Assembly: GCA_002633005.1 (NCBI GenBank) | Contig: NMRA01000249.1 | Span: forward strand, 437,680 to 501,679 | Direction: 5' to 3' | Length of the DNA: 64,000 nucleotides | Source: Phoronis australis | Taxonomy: Eukaryota; Animalia; Phoronida | Shown here: one piece after another, positions 53,173-64,000 of the stretch | Layout: each line of letters opens with the position of its first letter | How positions within the stretch are numbered: position 1 is the stretch's first letter | Notes under the pieces: model-generated | What the model saw: only the letters and a program-made list of their open reading frames with translations | Told to the model about the DNA's origin: nothing | Databases searched by the model: none | Made by a program: the position numbers and the translations under genes

Positions 53173-54851
53173 AGGAGAATGCCACCCGATTTAATTAGTC
53201 TTTTTTGCCGTCGTAATCGGTCTATATCCACATCGCCTCGCATACGGTCGACCTTACCTTGCCAAGAGATGTCGCGTTAACCTGTGAGGAAGGTGAGAAA
53301 CGACGCTAGCGACGTCAGTGGTTCATATGCAGAATGAATGCCGCTATGTTTCGGTGCATCGTTCCCGCTTGTCTGAACTAAGCAGCTGCGAGGAAAGCGG
53401 GTATATCGTTTTTTTTTTACTTCCTCGAGAGTCCGAAATGCTTAGAAAGTGGCTCATGGTAGTGAAGAATGAAATGTACGCTTTAAATAGCAAGTATGAG
53501 TCCGTGAAACATCTCCGTGTCTGTGGCCTGCAGACGTCGACAGTGCCTGACGAATGCCGGCTTACCAAATAATTCCATACGTTCCGTTGTCTGAGCTTGT
53601 TCACGACGCCTCTCTAGTATTTCTTCATCACTGTATTCCTGTTCGAATTGATAGCCTGTAAAACTTAACGTTCCACCCCCGAAGTCGGGACTGATGAGCT
53701 CTAGCTCGTCCTAAGTCGGGATTGCGACGGTTGCCATGTTGGCGTTTATTGTTGAGCGTTCTGTTTCAAAATGAATTATTCTCACCCTAACCAATACTTA
53801 TATAAAACTGAAACAAAGTCTGTCTCATTAGATGCAATTTGTAATGACTTTGGAGTGTTCGTGTGTGCAAATGATTTGAGAAGCCAGCAATGAATAAATC
53901 ACTGCGTTACCGGCTTTATGTGCAATAAAACTAATTGACGGGACACCGAGGCCGTGTGAGCTCATGCTAATTTAGAGTTTGCTGGCAGAAACTGTCGTGA
54001 AACAACTCGATTTCCATCCCACGGCCAGGTGTTGGGGGAATCTTTATTTACATTTACATTACCCAAATAATGATTGTCAATGTACAACTTCGGCCCTGAC
54101 GGTGCTGTGGCCAAAGCGGAACCGGCTGAATTCGCGGCCCGCCCGACGAGTAAGTAGTTTCGTTGCTAATTCACCAACATAATCACGTGCACATTACTTT
54201 GGCTCACTAGTATAGTATTTTCTTGACTGGAAGTTTTGTTTCCACTGAACTTTGGCTGGTTTATGTTCGTGATGTCTGATCAGTATCCGAGCCACTGGCC
54301 AGGATAACGAGTCAGTCCGGCTGACCGCGACGGGCCTGATCGGGCTCCGAGCCACTGGCCGGATAACAAGCATTTTGTGTTTAGAACTCAAAAAATCACA
54401 AGTCTAAACAACACAGATCTAGGTTCTCCTGTCTGTATCTCACGGAAAATACTTCGAAATTATCTCCGAAGAGACCCCCAAACTCCTGCTACGGACCTTA
54501 TTGGCCTGCCGAACTTTGTAAGCTTCGGTGTGTCCAAATACCAATAAATCCGTAACAGCGAAATAAAACAACACGTTTTTATAAGAGCTCGGTGTATTTT
54601 TTACGGTTTTACATCGAAGTTTAATGATTTATTGGTGTTAAACGATGACTTCAAGCGATAAGCCGACTCCAGTAACCCGTGTTGTGAACTGCTGAATAGA
54701 CTACGTGTGAAACCGATGACGTCATTGGATAATTTCAACACCTCCGTCTGCCGTCAGGTGCCAGGTAACGCAACCGTACGTGTCGTTATGGAGTAGAACT
54801 ACTCGATCTAAATTGATACAAGATAGGTTGTTTTTTGGGTGGCACGCTCCT
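53173..54851 (+). mobile_element. Kolobok-like non-autonomous DNA transposon with THAP-domain remnant (in an SLC6 intron)
   Basis: TTAA|aggagaatgccaccc ... gggtggcacgctcct|TTAA. The frameshifted FRCIVPACLN...LPRESEMLRKWL...HLRVCGL at ~53346-53530 fits the THAP pattern (C-x-V-P-x-C, P, W, RVC). Confidence 0.75.
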
Positions 54852-55503
54852 TTAAGCTAACGGGACTCAAAACAAGCCTCTTAAGTTAAACGCAGGTTGT
54901 CAAATTGAAAAACTTTTTCAGATCCATTGTTCGCATTATTAGTGCTTTCTGTTAATAAAGCTGTGACGTGCATTCGGAAAACGTCAATTTCGGGATCAAA
55001 AGTTAAATTCGTATACCCTGGAGTGTAAAAATACTGTAACCTGAGCGCAAATTGAAGCAAAGGGACTCAGTACGTGAAATTGCAAATGTCTGATTGTCCC
55101 CACGGGTATGTAGGAGCATTTATTTTAGTTCTGGCTTCATGCTCATTTCCTAGGAAACTGAAAAGAGCTTTAGGATTCTACATGTTTTTCCAAATGTTCG
55201 TCCTTGGCGTAATTAAATGTGGGTTTGTGCAGAAAATTCGGGTATGGAACTTCAAACAATTCCCATATGGCCAATCGTGAGAGTTTGGGAGAAGGGTCTT
55301 TCTGCAGTGTCACCTGTTTTCTACGTGGACCATACACCCATGCATACAAGGAAAAGGAACATGTCAATTATAAGTAGCGCAATGCATTCTAGTTCAGTCG
55401 CTGATTGTTCGGCTCCTTGAAGCTCAATCTCAATTGAACACAAGTGTGGACACAATAGAAGTCTAGTCTTGAAATTGTAGGACAATCATGAGGTGTTTTT
55501 CAG

Positions 55504-55684
55504 AATCTCGGTTACGTGAGCGGAGATGACAGCGGTGGTAGCAAGGTTAACTTTGACGAGGATGAAAACAAAGACAGAGGGAACTGGTCGGGCAAGCTCG
55601 ACTTTATCATGGCCTGTCTCAGCTGCGCTGTAGGACTTGGCAACGTCTGGCGCTTCCCCTATCTAGCGTACAAAAATGGAGGAG
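55504..55684 (+). CDS. SLC6 sodium:neurotransmitter symporter (amino-acid/glycine-proline type), TM1 exon
   Basis: [36 protein letters not shown] is the SLC6 signature. Acceptor ttttttcag|55504 and donor 55684|gtacaa. Confidence 0.95.
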
Positions 55685-56575
55685 GTACAAACAATTCCAA
55701 CTATTTTACAATGAGTAGGCCTAAGTGATTCAATCCTTGGATTTATACCCAGGTCCTCCACTCAAGTGTGCACCCGGCCAATAATAAAGGTAATAGCTTC
55801 GAATCAAAGAACTTGTGACCAGCACTTGAATTCGTTTATACTCATTCCAATTCACTTTGTTGGCACACCACATCACCTAATGTATATTACGCAATCGTAT
55901 GTATGTCGGGCTCCCGCATGTAGGTTAGGTAAAGTGTATCAATACCAAAGTAAGGCTGCTGCGCGTAGGTTCCGAAAAGGTTTCACAACAATAGGACTTT
56001 TATTGAAATTTGCTCTCAAAAAGTATTGGATTTAATCACAGATCCTAGACAACAACAGATTCGCAATTCCGATGAATCCCAAGCGAGGTATATCTTAATC
56101 GTGTGCGAGTCTCAGTTTCTGTTTAGTGTGTAGTTCGGATTGGAAATTCTGAGGGCATCTACTGTATTACGTAACAATATAAAAGAAAACATTTTAGTAT
56201 TGAATTGCCATTCAACGTCTTCCTTCAGTAGAACTCTTGACGTCGTGAATAATTTTGATAATACTTCACAAAGTGTAATTCCAAAATTCAAACCTTATCA
56301 ACACAAACCAGCGAGCTGACGTACACACCGGAAGTAAAACAGGCTACCTGTGGAGGCTTCCGCGGTGGATAAAAGCGTTGCTGCTTGTGCGCAAGATATC
56401 TGATCTCGAGCATTGACACTTGTCAGTCCATGTGATTTAATGTATGCTTTGGGCCAGTTTCACTATGTAGAAAGGTTCATCCAAGTTACGACAGTTTAGT
56501 GAAACAGGTTTATATGGAGATGAGTATGAGACAATTGGTGTCCCACTTTTAATATGATAATAATGATTTTGACAG

Positions 56576-56707
56576 GTGCCTTCTTCATTCCCTACGTCAT
56601 CATGATGGTATTTGTGGGTCTGCCAGTCTTTTTCCTGGAACTTTCTGTCGGTCAATTTGCCAGTAGCGGACCGTTGACGTGCTTTAGGTATTCGCCCATA
56701 TTTTCAG
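56576..56707 (+). CDS. SLC6 transporter TM2 exon
   Basis: [44 protein letters not shown]. Acceptor ttttgacag|56576 and donor 56707|gtacga; phase 1-1. Confidence 0.95.
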
Positions 56708-59268
56708 GTACGATATGCGCATATGTAAGTCAATATAGTCTAGTAGCAGCCATTCATAGGCTCCCCATAGGGGACCTAGAAATTCATGGTTGTGCAAGGC
56801 TGTTTATTGTTTCATGCTGAGCTGGCCCCCCTGAAGCTTGGTTGTAATCTTGACAAACATGAGCATTTTTCAATAAGCAAATTAAGGAAGTCATTATACA
56901 TATATCTGAAGAATTTTCACACTTAGTGCTGTGATAGGTTGTCCCGATTATACGTGATATGTTCCGCCCAATAAATGCTCAAAAGTAGGTAATTAACATA
57001 TCACTAGATAGTGTTTCCGGGTGTTCTAATTTGACAGCTGATGGACTGATCACGTTCGTGGTTGGTGTTTTTGATATGAAATTGGTGATTTTAAGCACTT
57101 AATTGAAATCAGTTTACTGGCTGTTTCATGCAAATAATGGCCACCATTATCTAAAATTCTGTGTCTGTTGGTAAGTGCCTTACGGGACTTTTCATGTTGA
57201 TCGTCTTGATATCTGCAGCCAATTTTCATTGGTCAATGAACTTTTAAGTCATCAAAATAACATCAGTTTGCAGGTCATTTACACCATTAATTACAAGTCG
57301 CCATCATTTATTTCGAATGTTCCCCTTTATAGGTGTAGATAAACACTAAACACAAGGCATCCACGATTCTTGTTATTCATCTTGTTTTCCAAAAAGGACT
57401 GTTATCATCTAATAACTTAGTATGGTGTAATCAAGGGATGAAAACGCTGTCTATGCAAGGCCGTCTTAGTTCCAGTTACGGTCTCAGATCTAACGATAAA
57501 CCTGGTTTAATATCTTAATACAAGTTTAAGGAAAAGAGATCTCTTTGATGAATTAAAATCCGCTTTGACAAGGTTTAAACGAGGTTTTACTAGACGGCTG
57601 GTCAAAATGTTAAACGAAGATTTGGAAAGCAAATTGTCTTTAAACCAGAATTAAGTCCAGTTGAAACCAGGTTCAACTGCACATGTTTACTTTTGCGTAG
57701 ACGGATGTTGCATAACTGAAAGTGGTTCCTTTGGGAGAAAACGTAAGCGTGGTTTTAAATGTGCCTGGTTTTTATCAGTTGTTGACTTTGAGAATCTTTT
57801 AAGCAAGTTGTTAAACTTTATTATGGTTGATGATGTAATCATGACGGTAAAGCTGTGTCTGAATATCTCGGTGCATCATCTTATTGACTTCATTGAAAGT
57901 ACGATAATTCCCCATACTAGAGCACACTTGTGAATATGATTTCAGATTTTGTCTCAGATGATACAGTCATGCCAAAATAATTCATCAAGAGTAAGGAAAC
58001 GAATGAGATGAACTAACCAACCCTTGATGGTAACAGTTTTCATGAATTAGGCAAATCCATGACATAATGACCTGCAAACTGATTTAGTCGCTATCTTCAA
58101 TGGTCGCAGAAACATAGGCGCAAATATCAAAATAATGTTAATAAGGAACTTTAAATAATGGCGTCCTTTTTCCATAAATTATGACAATTTATCATCCACC
58201 AACCTGCAAACTTATTTCGGTAAATTGATTGTTTACTGATACACGGGCTCAAATACCCCTTGTTTGTGATACCGCAGCTAAGAAGCAAAAGAACAATTTT
58301 AAACAATGGCCGTCTCAGTTTGCATAATCTATGCAAATTTCTGATGTATCAGCCTTCAATGTAGCTCAATTAAATTCACAATCCACATAACAGGCATGCA
58401 GATATAATTATGCTTTACCCTGCCTGATGCAACAGATATAAGCACTAGAAGAACTTTCATTAATGGTTGTCTTAGTTTGTAAACATTTATGCAAATTCTG
58501 CACGTACTCACCTCCGAAGTACATGTACCTTCATTGGATTCACTGGCAATTGAAACGTGAATGAAAACATCAAAAATAACCCAAGTGCATTGCTTGGTAA
58601 GGAAGCAAAAATATAATTTCGCATAATGGAGTATAATTTAAAACAATGTGCAAGGTTCTCGAGATAAAAACCCAGTTAAAGCTCTTCAGGAGGGAGGGCA
58701 CTTAGGCAAAACAACCAAAATCCTCATGCTACCAAGAATTTCTATGTATCTACAAGTATATCTGGCTACTGGACTAATACTTGCAGTTTTACATGTACGT
58801 ATACATCGAGTCTTACCTTATCGTTGTAAGGGGTATAGTTGGGGAAATTGTTTTTGCATGCACCGCCTCCGTTTCTAAGTACGTGAAAGTAGCTACATTC
58901 AATAAAACTGGACATAGACCGTCACTAAAACTTTAAAATCTTGATTTCTATACCAAATCCATTTGCATTTACTTGAAACTTTAACAGACCACAGGAAAAT
59001 AGTTTTTTCATCCCGACCGGGTAGACGTTCACTCGAATACATCAACTACACCGAGCTTAGACAAGCAGAAGTCACGTACAAGCCCTACAAGAAAATCAGA
59101 CCAATTACCTGAATAAAATCCCCGTTAGCATTGTCATATAACCGAAGAGGGCATTATGCAAATGTAATACATGTAACGGTTTGCCAAAACCCTTGCCAGG
59201 TGTGCGCTTTGCAAAACGATCACGTTCCAATCGTTTCATGTAAAGCACCTCAATGTACTTTGTTGCAG

Positions 59269-59418
59269 GTATTGGTATCGGAATGGTCCTCGCAGGAGCC
59301 CTCATCTCAATGTACTATAACGTCATCATCAGCTGGGCTGTATATTACCTTATTCGATCGTTCACGGATATACCATCCTTGCCCTGGGCGAACTGCAACC
59401 ACGATTGGGCAACATGGC
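59269..59418 (+). CDS. SLC6 transporter TM3/EL2-start exon; the gene continues beyond the window
   Basis: GIGIGMVLAGALISMYYNVIISWAVYYLIRSFTDIPSLPWANCNHDWATW. Acceptor tttgttgcag|59269 and donor 59418|gtaagg. Confidence 0.95.
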
Positions 59419-62400
59419 GTAAGGAAGTTAAATATCCTGAAATTATCGAAAAAATGCAGAGGGGTCTTGTATAAAATACATAAAAGTAACCGAAACCATT
59501 CAGTTTCGATTGTGATAAAAAGAACATATTTTCCATGCGTGACTTTACATTTGTTAGACATTCGGAACTTGGGGGATGCTCTTGGGTTTAGCGGTCTTTA
59601 TCCTCTCGTTAACTAGTCCAGGTCTGTTGTGACGACACATTTGATGACGCCGGTGTCTATGATGGAGATTTCAAATGCTCATTATAGAAGTGATAAATTT
59701 AAATAATTTGAAGCAGATTGAAACCGATGTTTTTCCAAAAAGATTTGAATTAGTTCATTAACTTCATAAAATTGGTCCTGTCTTATTCCTTACTCGCTTT
59801 TAAAGAGACCTTTGTGCTCGGGAAGAACTGACAGTTCGTTGTTTCTTAAACCAAAGTCATAGAATTTCAGGTCACGCCGAGACCTGAAATTGTGACAACG
59901 TGGTAATGGTGCGTATGCTTACATGCATTTCTTCTCAGCGTGACCACTGGTATGGCACATATTTGAACAGTATTTGGGCATGAATATTTACGTGTATAGA
60001 TACTCATTATCAAATCCTATCAAACTTTTGAAAAGGTCTACTTCTTCCACTAAATTGACGGCATACCCGTGTTCTCTGGACATTACTTAAAAATCTTCAC
60101 GGAGTTAATTTATGACCATAACTGTATTCAGATTTTAAATTGCCTTAATTGCTGTCGTTTTAATATCAAACTATTATTGTCACCTATATCATCTCGCCGG
60201 CATTGGCTAACTTACGAAGTGCAGACTTACGCTTGGTTGAATGCAGCAGTTCCAAATAGGGACTCACCGCCGACACTACCCTTAATTTTTCATGGCACAG
60301 TTTTAGACTTGCGAAAACACCGTTTGTTTTCTTATGCTTTAAAGTGAGTAAACTTATTTTAGTGTCTTTTTTACTAATCAACCCTAACTTAAGGACTTTT
60401 CATGTTCATTGCAATAAGGACTCGGTTGTTATGTATTTTATGAGAAATTCCATGAGATAAAGAGACTCGTTTAATGGTTTAAGTGCAAAAATAGCACACT
60501 AGTATCCTATGAGATGTTTAGTGCCAAGTTCATAAACACGCACGAAGATAACATAATAATAAAAAGAGTAGAATCATCATGGTTGTGCAGACATGTACTG
60601 TATCATTATTCAACATGTATTTCCATTGCACATGTTACTAATCACAAAAATAACAGTACGGCTTGCATCAACCCACCACTGATAGTATATCTAATATACA
60701 CACAGTCATAACTGATTTGAAAGCATAACGGATGTAAATCTGTTTCTCTTCATGTGACTTGATCTCGAAATCTAATGTTGATACTTGAAATAGGATTTGA
60801 AATCAGTTTTTGCAATTCCCTTTCTACTTTTGCTGGAGTGCGTAATGGTTCAGGCTGATAAGGCTCTAGTCCAACTTCGGCGACACTCCAATACTAAGGT
60901 TATCTCAAACCTGATTTTGTGGTCTCCATTCCAACTGGTATATCAAAAACTAGACTTTGTCAATTAGTAAATGTATTCATTTTCTGAAAGAAAAAATATC
61001 AGGGTCCAAAGATATGTTTCATAATTATGTGTCATTATTATTATTACATTTAAGAAAGGTACATTTATAACAATATAACCCCTCCGTTGATTTTAATGAG
61101 CCTTCCTAAGTTCAAATTATGTCGATTTGCAAGCCCATTATTTGTCGGGAAGTGAAAATCTCAAATCCGAGTCAAGGATTTCGGTTAATATTCGATGAAA
61201 GACTTGTTTTTTGTCAATATAACCTATAAACCACTTAGCCACGTTCAATATTTCATCATTTACGCGCAATGTCTTCTGAATTTGCAGTGGGTAATTAACT
61301 TTCCTATTAAACCAAGTCGACATTGTCACGGGGGCAGCCAGCATACGAATTGGGTCAAGCTGGTGCATTGTGGTCCACTTAAAGTAAGCCAACAGTTCAT
61401 TGTTACACGCACGAGGCGCTAAGAGACTAATATGAAAATCAAGTTCGAAATGGTTACAGAAATCGGGTCGGTTGTTAAAGCACGTCGTGAGCATGATATC
61501 AAAACAGCTAAATGTCAAATTACCCGAATTATGGTGAGGATTTATCTTTTTTTCACAGTGTTCGTGAACATTAAGTTACAGAGGCGTGAGGCAACTCGTA
61601 ACATCAAAGTTCATTCTCAACTGTCGTATGCGTGCAGACACACAACTCTATCAGGATCAAAGCTACGTTTTGTTTCCGTTTTTCCCGTCATGTTTCTATC
61701 GTATGAGCACGTCGTTGACGCAATATTATGTCGACTCGGTGAATGAAAGGATTGAGGGTACATACGGAGCTGCTCTGTGCCTAGTAAACAAATATCTACG
61801 CGGTTGTGCAGTTCCAAGGTGGTTCTACGAGCATGATGATAAGATTTTTCTAGACATAAACGTGTGTGAAATACTGTAAAAATTGTCATTTTTTGTGAAT
61901 AAGGTTTAACATATCCTTAAATCCATTAGTTCAAGTGGGAACTAGGAAGAGATATTCTCCAGCGAAGACCATAATGTACTCGAGCACAGAATAACAGACA
62001 CGTATCTTAAGTTCACAAAAAAGTAGAATGCAAAATGTTAAAAATCATTCCGAGTCTTATTTCGAGTATGAAGATTAGATTCCGGGCATTAGTAGTGGGT
62101 TCCTCAGCACGGCGCCAAAATTCTCGGAACTGGTCGGGATGGTGTGTCAGAGAGAAAAAAAAATTATCGGTTAAGTATCTCCAAGCGACGCCGTGGGGCC
62201 ACTTAAATGTGTGAACCAATTTAAAATCAAAAATCCGTCGGAGCATGGAAGCCATCCAAATAATCCCAATAAAAACGTGATTTCATCTTCTATAAGTTAA
62301 AAAGCACTACGTCATACATGCATATTAGGTCAAGATCCTGCATAATATTGCACCGTAACCTAAGTATGGAGAATGAGTGAATTAATAAGAATGAAGACAT

Positions 62401-64000
62401 GAGAATTGGATACTACTTCCTTAAAGTGGAACCTGCACGCTAATTCGGTATCGATCTTTGTACAGTAATTGCTTGGTCAAATTAGCTAGAAACAAAACAT
62501 ATGGGGACAATGTGAATATGAAGTACGTTGAAAATTTCCAAATGTTTTTAAGAACAAGTTTTGTGTCAAAAATGATTCGCCGTAAATCGCTTAACTGTAT
62601 CCAGTAAGTGGTGACGTGGTGTTGGGGAGTAACACTGCATGATTCGGTCTATGTGACCCCTCCCCAAAATACGTTATTAGGGCGAAGGTCACCTATTTGC
62701 AGATTTTTTGTTATCACATTTACAAGTAGTTAATGAATACAACTGCACTCTTTAGCGTAGAAAATGAAAGTTTCAAATACATCTGGCATTGTCGTTTAGT
62801 TCCTGCTATACATCAGCATACTTAGAAGCATACAATTACATCTTTAGGTTCGTCCAGTATTCTAATTCGTTGTTTCAAGTAGGCTCAAAGTGTCGCAATG
62901 TGGGATACCAGTGAAGTGTTCTGTCAATATTTACACCAAGTATTTTAACTTAACCTACCTAACTTATTCCAGTACCTTATCATCTAGGTGTACCCTTATA
63001 TCATCGTTAATTACGTGATAACCTAGACTTTGGTCTTATCTGATTTGGCTACAAGTCTATTGGGTCAGTCACTGATGTACGTCGAAATTCACATGTCTCT
63101 GGCATGTAAATATTGATGTGATCACCAAAGAGATTAACATCAGAATGTGTCACTGCCTGTGATTTGTACATGTAGTCATTAAACATAAAAATTGACCTGA
63201 CTGATTGCGTCAAAGACATGTTCATACGCCATGTTATAATAGGACTTTTGGCATCAGACAGTTTCAACATTTTGAAAATGACTCTGTTAAGCTCGGGTGC
63301 TTGAGCATTTTGTTGATTTCTTTCCTCACAATCTCATTTCTGCTGGGCTGTGTTACGATATGGTTGCTGGGAACGGAAATCTGTGGTTCAGCGTAACTAC
63401 ATGTATACTGTCGTGCTGGCTTGCAAATTGGGGAGAATGTTTTTCGGTAATATTCTCTGAGGTACCGTAAACGAACAAATTGTTGAGAAATCTGCATTTT
63501 ATTGTCTGACCCCACGCACAAAAGTAAAAATGAGTCTATTTGAAACATCGGTGTCATTTTTTCTTGTAGTCATAATTTTTACCCGACGTACATGTATCTA
63601 ATGGGGCTATTCGTAGAATTCTCCTCGCGGTGTCGCTGCTGTACTAGTGGTGATTGAATTGCGCATGCGTGGCTGTCTGCATGTAAACAACTGGTAAAAG
63701 ATGGAATTTTTATCAAAATACGTCGTCGCGCTAAGCCTTATTACAGCAAACTTCCCTGGTGCAAGTCTTCGACAGGTGGCCACAAATTCCCAAAAGACCT
63801 AAGGTTACTATATTCGTGGACAACTGCGGTCACCAGGGTCAACTAACTGGCAAAAAGTGTGTGGATGCTGAAGCCCCGTGCGTGCTCTATGTCTATGACT
63901 ATGCAGTTCCATTCGGAGACTACACAACATTACTTGGTAAGTTTTTAGCAATCAGTTTCTATCAACATCGTTCGGTGATGTTATCCCCACCAGTTACCCC

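Noticed and set aside
57480-57790. Possible MITE with aaaccaggtt-like internal repeats
   Set aside because: I could not define termini or a TSD.
1-64000. Most ORFs in the six-frame track as stand-alone genes
   Set aside because: This is intron-rich eukaryotic DNA. The ORFs are short, often start at GTG/TTG, lack motifs, or are broken transposon pieces.

Overview
Eukaryotic genomic DNA, AT-rich, intron-rich and repeat-rich, consistent with a marine invertebrate (possibly lophotrochozoan; the taxon is an inference). Most ORFs in the supplied track are spurious or transposon debris. I can assemble three spliced genes on the + strand. The first two are tandem paralogues sharing a three-exon, 8-cysteine extracellular domain that I do not recognise. 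Paralogue 1 (599-19668, 5' end missing) adds a Thr/Ser stalk and a GPI-signal-like tail. Paralogue 2 (31199-40022) adds a Sushi/CCP exon and ends in a hydrophilic tail. The third is the 5' part of an SLC6 Na+/Cl- amino-acid transporter (47629 to beyond 59418). Mobile DNA includes a decayed CR1/L2-like LINE, Gypsy and BEL/Pao integrase relics, a Kolobok-like element with a THAP remnant, several MITEs, a SINE head and three Academ-type relics. Two of the Academ-type elements keep TAG...CTA ends and 3-bp TSDs, and one has TIRs built from ~140/280-bp satellite-like units. The palindrome TACATGTA is strongly over-represented. Comparing duplicated sequences inside the window shows it as a +6-bp (CATGTA) difference at TA-like sites, which matches a Tc1/mariner-type excision footprint.
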